From NCBI GenBank assembly GCA_963845515.1, contig CAWJSR010000002.1, positions 144,555 to 208,554 of the forward strand: a stretch of 64,000 bases of DNA, given 5' to 3'. The translations under genes and the position numbers were made by a program. Of the stretch, positions 12,207 through 24,654 are shown piece after piece. How positions within the stretch are numbered: the first letter of the stretch is position 1; each line of letters opens with the position of its first letter. The DNA comes from an uncultured delta proteobacterium (GTDB lineage: Bacteria > Myxococcota > Myxococcia > Myxococcales > Anaeromyxobacteraceae). The notes beneath the pieces were generated by a model that searched no databases, was not told where the DNA came from, and saw nothing but the letters and a program-made list of their open reading frames with translations.

Positions 12207-12656
12207 TCAGCGGCCGTCCGCGGCCGCCCGCGTCGCGATGGCGAGCCGCGTCAACCCGTGCTGGCGCGCCAGGTCCATCACCGCGACCACCCGCCCGTGC
12301 GGCACGACCTCGTCCGCCTGCACGAGCACGACCGTCCCAGCGCTCCGCGCGCGGGCGGCTGCGAAGGCCTCCCCCAGCGCCGCAGCGTCGAGTACGCGGC
12401 CGCCCAGCACGGTCCGCCCGTCGGCGAGGATCGCGACGGTGAGGTCCTGCGCCGGCGCCGGCGCCCCCTTCCCGGCCCGCGGCAGGCTCACCTCGAACCC
12501 CGCCCTGTCCGCCGCGTGGATCGCGGTCGTGGTCACCATGAAGATGATCAGCAGGACCAGGAAGATGTCGGTCAGCGGCGTGATGTTTATGTCCGCGAAG
12601 ACGTCGCCGTCCTCCGGCCCGTCTCCGGGTGCTCCGCTCGGTCCGCCGACCGCCAT
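12207..12656 (-). CDS. ExbD/TolR-family protein
   Basis: INITPLTDIFLVLLIIFM; ADE.V.HG.VV.VMD; TGATG overlap with the upstream gene. Confidence 0.85.
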   Translation of the reverse strand: MAVGGPSGAPGDGPEDGDVFADINITPLTDIFLVLLIIFMVTTTAIHAADRAGFEVSLPRAGKGAPAPAQDLTVAILADGRTVLGGRVLDAAALGEAFAAARARSAGTVVLVQADEVVPHGRVVAVMDLARQHGLTRLAIATRAAADGR

Positions 12657-13309
12657 CAGCGCTCCGACCCGGTCATGGTGTCGGTCGGCGCTTCGTCGAG
12701 GACCTCCAGGAACTCGTCGGCTGCATGCCGCGCGCGGTGGACGAGCCGCGCCACGTGGGTGTTGAGGAAGTTGTAGAGGACGACCGCCTCGATCGCGACG
12801 GCGATGCCGCCGGCGGTGGTGACGAGCGCCTCCGAGATCCCCGCGGCGACGACCCCGAACCCGCCCTGGCCCGTCTTCGCCATCTCGGCGAAGGCGGTCA
12901 TGATCCCGAGCACCGTCCCGAAGAGCCCGACGAACGGCGCCGTGGCCCCGACGGTCGCGAGGATCCAGAGGGCCCGCCGCAGACGCCAGCCGAGCTCCTG
13001 CCGCGCGCGCTCCACCGCCGCCGCCGCGCGCCCCGGACGGCCGCGCGCCTGCGCGAGCCCAGCCAGGAGCACCTCGCCCATCGGCGATCGCGATCGCGCG
13101 CACTCGAGCCGCGCGCCCTCCAGATCGCCTCTCCGGAGGGCGGCCGCGACGGCGTCGCCAAGCTGCCGCGTCCGCTCCCCGAACCGCCAGAGCGCGACCG
13201 CACGCTCGACCGCGACCGCGAGCGCGACGACGGAGCACGCGATGATGATCCACAGCGTGACGCTGACGTGGGTCGCCTGCATGGGCACCAGGTTCGTCTC
13301 CAAGTTCAC
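12656..13309 (-). CDS. MotA/TolQ/ExbB proton channel protein
   Basis: APFVGLFGTVLGIM..F and GISEALVTTA motifs. Confidence 0.85.
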   Translation of the reverse strand: MNLETNLVPMQATHVSVTLWIIIACSVVALAVAVERAVALWRFGERTRQLGDAVAAALRRGDLEGARLECARSRSPMGEVLLAGLAQARGRPGRAAAAVERARQELGWRLRRALWILATVGATAPFVGLFGTVLGIMTAFAEMAKTGQGGFGVVAAGISEALVTTAGGIAVAIEAVVLYNFLNTHVARLVHRARHAADEFLEVLDEAPTDTMTGSER

Positions 13310-13323
13310 CTGCTCCAGCGCGC

Positions 13324-14148
13324 TCAGCGCTCGTCGAGATCCACGATCCTGGCGCCCGCCGGGGGCGCGAGGGCGAAGCTCCCCTCGGGGAGAACCGCGT
13401 TCACCTCGATCTCCTTCCAGGTGAGATCGATCCGGACCCCGGCCCCCCGGGCCGCGAGCCGCACCACGCCGGGGAACGGCCGCCCCGCGCGCTCGCGGAA
13501 GCGGTCGAAGGTCACGTCGTACAGGCCTGGCGCCGGGGGGCGGCCAGGCAGGTGGACGACCGTCGAGGCGTGCACGACCGCCCCGGCGCCCACGTCGAGC
13601 CGCTGCACCCGATCGGCGCCCTCCACCGTGAGCCGCAGGACACCGTCGCCGGGTTCGACCGCCGTGGGACGCCCCGCTGTGATCGGGGCTGCGCCGCAGA
13701 GCAGGAGGACCAGCTCCTCGGCCGGGATCGCGAGCGGGAGGAGCCTGGCGAGGTTCTCGGGCGACGCAGCGCCGCGGTAGAAGATCCCCTTGCGCAGGTC
13801 GAGCAGCGCGAACCGGCCGCCGTCCGCCACCAGGACCGCCGCCGGGTTTCCGAAGAAGTCCAGGGCGTCGAGCCGCACCCGGTCGGGCCGCTCCGCCGCC
13901 ACGAACTGGGTCACTGTGCCGTCACCGTCGGGCGACCTGATCTTGACCCGCACCTCGCCACTCACGCGCTCGACCCGGGCCTGAGCGCGCTCCACCGCGG
14001 CGAGCAACGCGACTGGATCGGGCGAGAGGTCCGGAGGCGGCGCGCGCCGCGCGCAGGCCGCGGCGACCGCAAGCGACAGGACCATCGCCCACCGCGCGAG
14101 CGAGCGGGTGGCGGGCGGGCGGAAGATCGCGGCACGCTGCGAAGCCAT
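13324..14148 (-). CDS. Lipoprotein, LolA/LolB-like fold (DUF4292-like)
   Basis: Lipobox-like AAAC; RPDRVRLD..DFFG; C-terminal F.L.PP.GA. Confidence 0.55.
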   Translation of the reverse strand: MASQRAAIFRPPATRSLARWAMVLSLAVAAACARRAPPPDLSPDPVALLAAVERAQARVERVSGEVRVKIRSPDGDGTVTQFVAAERPDRVRLDALDFFGNPAAVLVADGGRFALLDLRKGIFYRGAASPENLARLLPLAIPAEELVLLLCGAAPITAGRPTAVEPGDGVLRLTVEGADRVQRLDVGAGAVVHASTVVHLPGRPPAPGLYDVTFDRFRERAGRPFPGVVRLAARGAGVRIDLTWKEIEVNAVLPEGSFALAPPAGARIVDLDER

Positions 14149-14270
14149 GCCCGGCGTTTAGCCCGATGAACGCCCCTTGTCGAGGGCGCTCCCCCCATAT
14201 CCAACTGGGCCCCCGTGTGGATCCGCGCGCCTGGAAGGCGCACCATGCCCGTTACGAGGAGGGAGTGCAC

Positions 14271-14681
14271 ATGAGGCGACTCATCCCGAGGCTCCTGCTC
14301 GCGCTCGCGCTCGCGTGGGCGGCGGCGCTGCCCGTGCCCGCCGCGGCCGCCGGCGGCGCCGGCAAGGTCGCGAAGCTGTGGAACCCCGCCACCGTCGCCA
14401 CGGTCGCCGGGACCGTCGAGACCGTCGAGCGCGTGGAGATGGGCGAGGACTGGCGCTGCGTCCGCCTGAGGCTACGCACCGCCGAGGGGGCCCTGCTGGT
14501 CCGCGTCGGACCAGACTGGTTCCTGCAGGAGCGCAGGATCGTCTTCGCCGCGGGCGAGAAGGTCGAGGTCAGGGGATCGCGGGTGACCTTCTCCGGCGAG
14601 CCGGCGATCGTGGCCGGCGAGATCGTCCGCGGCGCAGAGCGGATCCTCCTCCGGGACCCGGCCGGCAAGGCGGCCTGGTAG
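14271..14681 (+). CDS. Exported OB-fold protein (MamS/MamX-like)
   Basis: Strong SD GAGGAGG; signal peptide; T.AG.V...VRVGP.WF...VEVRGSRV...LRD..G...W pattern. Confidence 0.6.
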   Translation: MRRLIPRLLLALALAWAAALPVPAAAAGGAGKVAKLWNPATVATVAGTVETVERVEMGEDWRCVRLRLRTAEGALLVRVGPDWFLQERRIVFAAGEKVEVRGSRVTFSGEPAIVAGEIVRGAERILLRDPAGKAAW

Positions 14682-15560
14682 TCAGAAGAGCCTGCTGCGC
14701 CGTGCCGCGAGCGCCACCGCCATCCTCCGGGCGGCGGCGATCTCGGCGGCGAGCGGCCGCTCGGCTGCCGGATCCCGCGCGTTCACCTCGGCGAGCAGCG
14801 CGTCGAAGCGGGCGCCGTCCTGGAGGAGCACGGCCAGCGTCCCGGCTTCGAGCACCGGCCGGAACGGATCCTCCGGCGCGAGCACGCGGGCGCGCTCGAA
14901 GTGCTCCGTCGCGCGCGCGACGCCGCCGCCCGCGGCCGTGGGCAGCGAGGCGTACAAGGACCCGAGCCAGCGGTGTGGACCGGCGCGATCGACGCGCTCG
15001 TCCAGCGCAGCGACGCGCTCCAGGAGCCCCAGCACGACGTCCTTGGTGACCATGACCGCCATGGGACCGGTCGCCTGCGCGACCCGCAGGCGGCCGACGG
15101 CCAGCCAGTACAGCGGCTCCGCCCCGGCGGGTCCGACCTCCATCGCTGCGGCGACCGGATCGTCACCACGGTCGACCGCGGTCGCGAAACCCGGGGCGCT
15201 CGCGCGCACGGCACGCTCCCCGGCGCGCGAGGCGGCGTCCCACGCGGACCGCGCCTCCGGGTCGGACTGTGCGAGCAGTGCCCGGAGCGCCTCGGCGCGG
15301 GCGAGCCTGAGCTCCGCCGCCTGATCGCCGGGCCGGAGGGAGGCAGCGCGCCGAAACGTGGCGAGCGCGGCCTCGAGCTTCGCCGGCTCGTCGCGCGACG
15401 CCCACGCGCGATCCCCTTCGGCGAGGACCTTTCCTAGGGCGTCGTCGGACGTGGCCGAGTATGCCGCCGCCGGCGTCGAGGGCCGGCCGCAGCCCGCGAA
15501 CGCCAGCAGGACGGCCGCCGCGAGCAGCCTGGATCGACTGTGCCTGGGTCGCGGCACCAC
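14682..15560 (-). CDS. TPR lipoprotein, TRAP-T TatT-like
   Basis: Lipobox FAGC; helical repeats; GPHRWLG.LY..LP..AGG...A..HFERA. Confidence 0.6.
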   Translation of the reverse strand: MVPRPRHSRSRLLAAAVLLAFAGCGRPSTPAAAYSATSDDALGKVLAEGDRAWASRDEPAKLEAALATFRRAASLRPGDQAAELRLARAEALRALLAQSDPEARSAWDAASRAGERAVRASAPGFATAVDRGDDPVAAAMEVGPAGAEPLYWLAVGRLRVAQATGPMAVMVTKDVVLGLLERVAALDERVDRAGPHRWLGSLYASLPTAAGGGVARATEHFERARVLAPEDPFRPVLEAGTLAVLLQDGARFDALLAEVNARDPAAERPLAAEIAAARRMAVALAARRSRLF

Positions 15561-16409
15561 TCAGCGCTTCTTCTTCGGGGCCGCCTTCTTGCCGGCCGGC
15601 TTCTTGCCAGCGGGCTTGCTCCTCGGCGCCGGGCGGGCAGCCTTCTTGCTGGCCGCCTTCTTCTTCGGCGCGGGCGGCGAAGGCCTCTTCGCGGCCGCCG
15701 GCTTCGTGGCGGGCGGGGGCTTCGGCGGCTTCACCTGCGCGGCAGCGGGGAGCTCCGGGGCCGCAGGTGGGCGCGGCGGGGGAGGCGGCGGCGCTGGCGG
15801 CGGCAGGCGCTGGGGTGCCATCCCGGGGCGAAGCGGCAGGGCGCCTGGACGGGGAAGCATCCCCGGCCGCGCCGGGACCGTACGGGCGAAGCGCGCGAGC
15901 CGCGCCTCCTCCTCGGCCGGCGTGACCACCAGCGGCGGGAGGCCCGAGCGCTGCCGCTGCTCGTCGTCAGCGCTGTAGTAGAGCTGGACGGTGGCGACGC
16001 CCCGGACCACCAGCTCGCCGCGCTGGTTCTCCGCCCAGGCCTCGATGTCGGTCGTGTACCTGCCGCCGTCCTCGAAGCGGCGCTCGGCGACGCGGCCGCG
16101 GACGGTGAGGACGTCCCCCGGCCAGATGATCTTCACGAAGCGCGCCTGCATGCGCCGAAGGCGCGCGCCGCGGACCCACTCGGTCACCAGCTCGGCCAGG
16201 AAGCCCATGCCGATCATCGCCGGCGCGGAGACCCCGGGGAAGCCAGCGGCCCGGGCGTACGGCTCGTCGCAGTGGAGCGGGTTGAAGTCGCCGCTCGCGC
16301 CCAGGTAGCGCGTGATCTGCAGCCGGTCGACAGGCGGCTTGACGAGCGGAGGCAGCTCGTCGCCGACCTTGATCGCCTCGAAGTAGAGCTGCCTTACGGT
16401 GAGGTTCAT
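15561..16409 (-). CDS. MaoC-family (R)-specific dehydratase with Pro/Lys/Ala-rich C-terminal tail
   Basis: Hydratase motif SGDFNPLHCD; low-complexity tail of about 100 aa ending PAGKKAAPKKKR. Confidence 0.8.
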   Translation of the reverse strand: MNLTVRQLYFEAIKVGDELPPLVKPPVDRLQITRYLGASGDFNPLHCDEPYARAAGFPGVSAPAMIGMGFLAELVTEWVRGARLRRMQARFVKIIWPGDVLTVRGRVAERRFEDGGRYTTDIEAWAENQRGELVVRGVATVQLYYSADDEQRQRSGLPPLVVTPAEEEARLARFARTVPARPGMLPRPGALPLRPGMAPQRLPPPAPPPPPPRPPAAPELPAAAQVKPPKPPPATKPAAAKRPSPPAPKKKAASKKAARPAPRSKPAGKKPAGKKAAPKKKR

Positions 16410-16417
16410 CGGGCTCC

Positions 16418-16855
16418 CTATCCGCGACGGAGGATGAGCGTCTCGCGGGTGCGGAAGACGAGCTCGCCCTTGTCGTCGCGCCCCTCGTCCTCGATCACCA
16501 GGACGTCCATGGTGCCGCTCGCGCCGGTCCGCTCCTGGACGTCGGCGACCCTGCTCTTCACGGTGAGCCGGTCCCCGGCGACGATCTGGCGCGCGGTCTC
16601 GATCACCTGCTCGCCGTGGAGGATGTTGCGCGTCCCGAGGTCGAGCGAGTGGCGAAACCGGTCGTTGGCGGCCAGGGTCACCGGGAAGGTCGGCGGGGCC
16701 ACGAGCCCCGGGTAGCCGGCCGCCTTCGCGGCTGCCTCGTCCACGTAGATCGGGTTCGCGTCGCCGAGCGCCTCGGCGTACCGGCGGATGGCGTTCTTCT
16801 CCACGTCGTGGACGACGGGTTCGCTCTCTCTGCCGGTGAGGGACTTGTCGAGCAT
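16418..16855 (-). CDS. MaoC-N / FAS1-like dehydratase subunit (HadA-like)
   Basis: IRRYAEALGDANPIY.D...APPTF...LHGEQ; SD GAAGGGAG before ATG 16855. Confidence 0.8.
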   Translation of the reverse strand: MLDKSLTGRESEPVVHDVEKNAIRRYAEALGDANPIYVDEAAAKAAGYPGLVAPPTFPVTLAANDRFRHSLDLGTRNILHGEQVIETARQIVAGDRLTVKSRVADVQERTGASGTMDVLVIEDEGRDDKGELVFRTRETLILRRG

Positions 16856-16869
16856 GGTCTCCCTTCGCG

Positions 16870-17859
16870 TCATCGCCCGGCGGGCAGGTCGAGGACGGTG
16901 ATGAGCCCCCTCCGCTCCGACACCGGGGCGGCGGCGTTGACGACTGCGTTGACGGTGGCGGCGAGCCCGGCGATGCCGCCGGGGATGACGAGTCGCACCG
17001 GCGGATCCGCGTCCAGCTCCACCTCGTCGCGCGGATCGGCGGCGCCGGCCGAGAAGACGAGCTCGAGCCGGACGATCTCGCGCTCCTCGAAGAAGCCGCG
17101 CGCGACGTGCTGCAGGCCGGCGACGCGCCCGCGCGGGATCTTCAGCGGCCCCGACAGATCCTCCTCCGCGAGCAGCGGGACGATCTCCTCGTCGACCTCG
17201 TCGACCTCGAGCCCGCAGCCGGCGGCGGCGAGCGCGGCGGACTCGGCCAGGCCCACGTGCCCGATCTCGCCCGAGTCGGCCTTCGCGTGGAACGTCTCCT
17301 CGTCGAGCCCGGCGCCGGTCTTCCCGGCGAGCTTGCTGCGCGCCCGCGCGGTGTCGACGACGCGGAGGGCGCGGACGTGGCGGACGGCCCCCGTCACCGT
17401 GGAGAGGAACGCTGGGAGCCGGTCGAGGACGAAGCCCGGGTTGACGCCGGTCCCGACGACCGCGACGCCGCGCTCCTCGCAGAGCCGGTCGAGCCGGGCC
17501 GCCTCCTCCTCGTGGCGCAGCCAGGGCCAGGCCAGCTCCTCGCACGTAGACACCACCGAAGCGCCCGCCTTGACGGCCGCTAGCAGCTGCGGCAGCACCT
17601 CGTCGAAGCGTGACCCCGTCGCATGAAGCACGACGCCACCCCGCACGGCGCGGAGCGCCTCCGCGGGGTCAGCGGCGACCGTGATGGCAGGGAAGGGAAC
17701 ACCGACGACCTCGGAGAGCGACCGGCCCGCGAGGCGCGGGGATGGATCGATGGCGCCGACGAGCCGAAGGTCCGGCCGCGCGAGCACAGCCATGGCGATG
17801 GCACGGCCGACCTCGCCGAGCCCCATGACGACAACGGGGATGCCGCCTTCGCGCTCCAA
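16870..17859 (-). CDS. DapB-N / 2,4-diaminopentanoate dehydrogenase-like NAD(P) oxidoreductase
   Basis: GLGEVG Rossmann motif, VVSTCEEL, GTGVNPGFVLD, GHVGL.ES. Confidence 0.7.
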   Translation of the reverse strand: MEREGGIPVVVMGLGEVGRAIAMAVLARPDLRLVGAIDPSPRLAGRSLSEVVGVPFPAITVAADPAEALRAVRGGVVLHATGSRFDEVLPQLLAAVKAGASVVSTCEELAWPWLRHEEEAARLDRLCEERGVAVVGTGVNPGFVLDRLPAFLSTVTGAVRHVRALRVVDTARARSKLAGKTGAGLDEETFHAKADSGEIGHVGLAESAALAAAGCGLEVDEVDEEIVPLLAEEDLSGPLKIPRGRVAGLQHVARGFFEEREIVRLELVFSAGAADPRDEVELDADPPVRLVIPGGIAGLAATVNAVVNAAAPVSERRGLITVLDLPAGR

Positions 17860-17909
17860 GTGCGCCCCTCCCTCTTGTGCACAGCCCCTGGCGGGAACCT
17901 GAACCCCGG

Positions 17910-17939
17910 TTTATAGCGCTCAGGGTGCGTTACCATCAA
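17910..17939 (-). promoter_or_regulatory. Sigma70-type promoter for the oxidoreductase-MaoC operon
   Basis: Minus strand TTGATG-18 nt-TATAAA in an AT-richer intergenic region. Confidence 0.55.
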
Positions 17940-18075
17940 GAATTACGGGAGCTTCGACCCCTATTGTCACGGTAGGGGCGCTGGGCAGGCACCCATCGAA
18001 GGGCGATGACGCGCAGCGTCATCCGGCCGGGCACGACATGGTCAAGCAGCCGGGATCCCAGACCTTTTGAGCCGG

Positions 18076-18681
18076 TCAGCCCTCCAGGAGTCGCCCCAGG
18101 TACCGGCGGATCGCGGGCGAATTCCAGTCGCGCGGCCCCACTACGTAGGCCACCAGCCGACCGGTCCCGTCGACGATGTAGGTCTCGGGAAACTTGAAGG
18201 AGTCCGGACAGTGCCCCCGGGCTGCACAGTAGTAGGCGCGGGTGACGTCCTGCGCCCCATCGCGCGCCACGGTGAGCCACGCCGGAGGCGGCCCGCCGAA
18301 GAAGTTCACGACCGTCTCCCAGTCGTCGTCGACCGAGACCGCCACCATCTTGAAGCGGCCCGGGTAGCGCGCCGAGAGCTCCTTGCCGAGCGCGATCATC
18401 GAAGGCAGCTCGTCGCGGCACGGCGGGCACCAGGTCGCCCAGAAGTTCACGAAGACGAGCTGCCCCTTCGCGGCGGCGAGGCTGAAGCGGCCCCCGATCG
18501 CCTCCAGCTCCAGCGGCGGCGCCGCGACGTCGGCGGCGTCGACGCGGAACTCGCGCGCGTCGTCCCCCTGCGAGCCGCGAGAGATCTCCCACGCGCGCCA
18601 GCCGCCCACGGCGCTCGCGATCACGACGGCGGCTACGACCACGGGGACGAGGCTGCCACGGGGGCTCTTGGCGCTTGGCAT
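18076..18681 (-). CDS. TlpA/ResA-family thiol-disulfide oxidoreductase
   Basis: N-terminal TM; VNFWATWCPPC..E.P; FPETYIVD. Confidence 0.85.
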   Translation of the reverse strand: MPSAKSPRGSLVPVVVAAVVIASAVGGWRAWEISRGSQGDDAREFRVDAADVAAPPLELEAIGGRFSLAAAKGQLVFVNFWATWCPPCRDELPSMIALGKELSARYPGRFKMVAVSVDDDWETVVNFFGGPPPAWLTVARDGAQDVTRAYYCAARGHCPDSFKFPETYIVDGTGRLVAYVVGPRDWNSPAIRRYLGRLLEG

Positions 18682-18732
18682 GTCGGAGGCAGTTCTTACA
18701 CGACGCGCGGTCTTGCCGCCAACGCCCCTCCG

Positions 18733-19875
18733 ATGGAGGATCGGACCATGCGCGGCTTCATGGGCAGCCTCCAGGTCGTACCCCTCCCCGACCTCGTGGA
18801 GCTGCTGGCGCGCCGGCGCACCTCCGGGACGCTCACCTGCGAGCGCGGCACGGTCCGCAAGACCGCCACCCTGGTCGACGGGGCGGTGGTCGGCGCCGCG
18901 TCCAACGATCCGCGCGAGTACTTCGGCCAGTTCCTGGTCAACTTCGGCCACGCCACCGACGAGCAGCTCGCGCGCGCGGTCCACGCGCAGGGCGAGTCTC
19001 GCAGCCGGCTCGGAGAGGTGCTCGTCGCGCAGGGCGTCGTCACGGCCGAGGTGGTCCGCGACGTCCTCGCCATCAAGATCCGGGAGACGCTCCTCGACGT
19101 CTTCCTGTGGGACGCCGGCCTCTTCCGGCTGGAGACCGACTGGAGCGACGACGCCGAGGCGCTGGGCGCGCGCGTGGAGCTCTCGGAGATCGGGCGGGAG
19201 GCGGAGTTCCGCGCCACCGCGTGGAGCGCGTTCCGCTCCGCCTTCCCGAGCGGCGCCGCGACGCTCGCGATCCACGAAGAGCGGATCCCCGCCGACCTCT
19301 CGCCCGCGACCGTGGACGGCCGGCTCCTCTCCCTCGCGCGCGCGGGGCGGACCATCGACGAGCTGGCCCTCGCGCTGCACATGCCCGACTTCCACCTCTA
19401 CCAGCGGCTCTTCGCGCTCCAGAAGCGCGGGCTGCTCGACGCGGCGCCGAGCGGCGGCGGCGACCTCGGCGCGGGCGAGCTGATCGAGCGCGCGAGGACC
19501 TTCCTCGCGGCGGGGCGGGCCGACGACGCGGAGGCCGTCGCGCGGCGGGGGCTCGAGCTCTCGCCAGGACACGAGGGCGCGCTCGCGGCGCTGGCCGAGG
19601 CGGAGCGGGCCATCACCGCCGGCCTCGAGGCACGGCTCCTCGAGCGGCCGCTGTCGCCCAGGCTGGCGCTCGAGCCTGGCGCCCTCGCGCGGCTGCAGGC
19701 ATCGGCGATCGACAAGTACGTGCTCTCGCGCTGCGACGGGAGCCGGACCGTGCGCCAGCTGGTGCAGGTCCTGCCGCTCCGCCGCCTCGACGTCCTGCGC
19801 ACCATCCAGCGCTTCACCGACGCCGGGAGCGTGGTACTCATGGCGCAACCCGGGGGGCCGGAGCGCACGACGTGA
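18733..19875 (+). CDS. DUF4388 (PATAN-like) domain protein with TPR
   Basis: GSLQVVPLPDLVELL....SGTL; RLGEVLV..G; F.W..G.F; CDG.RTV. Confidence 0.7.
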   Translation: MEDRTMRGFMGSLQVVPLPDLVELLARRRTSGTLTCERGTVRKTATLVDGAVVGAASNDPREYFGQFLVNFGHATDEQLARAVHAQGESRSRLGEVLVAQGVVTAEVVRDVLAIKIRETLLDVFLWDAGLFRLETDWSDDAEALGARVELSEIGREAEFRATAWSAFRSAFPSGAATLAIHEERIPADLSPATVDGRLLSLARAGRTIDELALALHMPDFHLYQRLFALQKRGLLDAAPSGGGDLGAGELIERARTFLAAGRADDAEAVARRGLELSPGHEGALAALAEAERAITAGLEARLLERPLSPRLALEPGALARLQASAIDKYVLSRCDGSRTVRQLVQVLPLRRLDVLRTIQRFTDAGSVVLMAQPGGPERTT

Positions 19876-20246
19876 AGCGGATACTGCTGATCGAGGACGA
19901 CGCCGCCCTCGCGGACATGCTCAACCGGCGGCTCGTCCTCCACGGGTTCAGTGTGGACTCCGCGCCGAGCGCCGAGGCGGCGCTGGCGCGGGCGCGGGCG
20001 TCGATCCCCGACGCGATCCTGGTGGACTACTCGCTCCCCGGGATGAACGGCTGGGAGCTCGTGAAGGTGATGCGCTCGGAGCCGCGCTTCGCGCAGGTCC
20101 CGATGTTCGCCGTCTCGGCGCACTCCCTGCCGTCCGACCGGGCGCGCGCGCGCGCGGTCGGCTGCACCGACTTCTTCGGCAAGCCGATCGACATGGACGC
20201 CCTGCTGACGGCGCTCCGGATCGCCTGCGGCCCGGTCGGCGACTAG
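19872..20246 (+). CDS. Single-domain response regulator (DivK-like)
   Basis: ILLIEDD, DYSLPGMNG, KPID; GTGA overlap with the DUF4388 gene. Confidence 0.85.
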   Translation: MKRILLIEDDAALADMLNRRLVLHGFSVDSAPSAEAALARARASIPDAILVDYSLPGMNGWELVKVMRSEPRFAQVPMFAVSAHSLPSDRARARAVGCTDFFGKPIDMDALLTALRIACGPVGD

Positions 20247-20249
20247 GTC

Positions 20250-21478
20250 TCAGCGCGCGGCGAGCGCGCCGAGGTCGAGCGCCACCGGCTCGGCGGCGGC
20301 GAGCCGGTCCGCGAAGAACGACGTCGAGCGCCTCGCGCGCGACCCACGGGCGCGCGGACGCGCCACTTCGGACCGTTCATGATCACCGTCGCGACGACCA
20401 CCTGCGGGTTCTCCGCGGGCGCGTAGCCGACGAACCACGACCAGTCGCGGTGCGGGTTCCGGTCGAAGAGCGAGCCGGTCTTCCCTGCCACGGCCACGCC
20501 GCGCAGGGACGCCGGACGGCGGCGGAAGACCTTGCGGCCCGTCCCCTCGGTGACGGTCGCCAGCATCATCTCGCCCAGGCGGGCGGCGATCTCCTCGTCG
20601 ACGATGCGCTCGGGGAGGTGCGGCGCCGGCGCCAGCTCCCCCTCGACCGCCTCGACGAGGCGCGGCGGGGCGAGGACGCCGCCGTTGGCGACGACCGCAG
20701 CGAGGAGCGCGGCGTGGAGCGGCGACATCCGGACGTCGCCGAAGCCGGCGGCGGTGTTGGCCATGCCGAAGCGATCCTCGGGCACGTCGGCGCGGGAGGG
20801 CTCCACCGCCCCCTCGAAGGGGATCGAGGCGTTGAAGAAGAAGCGCTCGGCCTGGGCGCGCAGCTCCGCGGGCGCGAGGGCACGGTCGGCGAGCTTGGCG
20901 AAGACGACGTTGGCGGAGTGGCCGAAGGCGCGCTCCAGCGTCATGCAGCTGCGATCGCGCCGGGGGTCGTCCTCGAGCAGGCGCGGCGTCAGGCGGTGCC
21001 GGCCGCCGTGGTAGCAGACGGACTCCTGAGAATCGATGCCGCGCTCCAGCAGCGCCGCCGCCGTGACGATCTTGAAGATGGAGGCGGCCGGAGGACGCGC
21101 CCGGAGCACCCCGCCACGCAGGCTGGGATCGCTCTCCGCGTGCTCCGCCATCGCGAGGACCCGGCCGGTCGCCGGCTCGAGGAGGACGGTGGCACCCCAC
21201 GGCACGGCAAAGGACGCGAGCGTGCGCTCGAGCTGCGCCTGGAGCCTGGGGTCGAGGGTGAGGATTGCCTTGCCGCTCCCGTACGGCGCCACGTACCTGC
21301 CCAGCGATCGATCGAGCCGCATCGCCGACAGCTCCGGCTCCGGCGGGAGCGCGCGGGCGACCGGGAGCAGCGGGACGACCGCCGTCGCCGCTGGTGGCTC
21401 GGCCCGGGCGGCGGCGCCCATGGCGAGCACGCTCGCGAGGGCGGCGGCAGCGGTCAGCGGGCGGAGGGCGATGGTCAT
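20250..21478 (-). CDS. Penicillin-binding transpeptidase-domain protein (frameshift near 20340)
   Basis: SxxK (SIFK), SxN (SAN) and KTG motifs; signal peptide. Confidence 0.8.
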
Positions 21479-21556
21479 CGATGGTGGGTTCCGTGCGGCA
21501 GGATGCCCGAAGGCCGGAGGGGGGTCAAAATCGTAGACGGGGTGGGGGGCGCGCGC

Positions 21557-21608
21557 CCCTCACCCCGCCTGATGGTGAACGCCCTCTCCCGCGACGCAGG
21601 AGAGAGCG
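21557..21608. repeat. Degenerate single copy of the REP/BoxC-like repeat
   Basis: CCCCTCACCCC...GCCCTCTCCCGCG-a-CGCAGGAGAGAGC downstream of ppdK. Confidence 0.5.
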
Positions 21609-21621
21609 GGTCGAGGGCGCT

Positions 21622-24414
<2,793 letters not shown>

Positions 24415-24654
24415 CCCTTCACCTCTGCCTGGAGAGTTGCGTATGGGTCTGCGGCGTAGCGCTCGCAGCCGGGGGTCGCCTTTGTAGCAAACGGATTCAT
24501 GGATCGGAACGTCCGCAATGCACGGCGTGCGCGGAATTCCGGGACTGGACGGACCAAAAGTGCGCGTTCGCGCGCAGCCGCAATTTGCGGCGCACGAACA
24601 GCGCATGACTGCCGGTCCCGCAGACCCTAAAGGGGGAGCCGCGAGGGCTCCTCG

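Noticed and set aside
14271..14681. Magnetosome gene cluster
   Set aside because: Only one MamS/MamX-like OB-fold protein and no other mam genes
17875..17884. DnaA-box-like TTGTGCACA as an origin signal
   Set aside because: Single mismatched copy with no box cluster or AT-rich unwinding element
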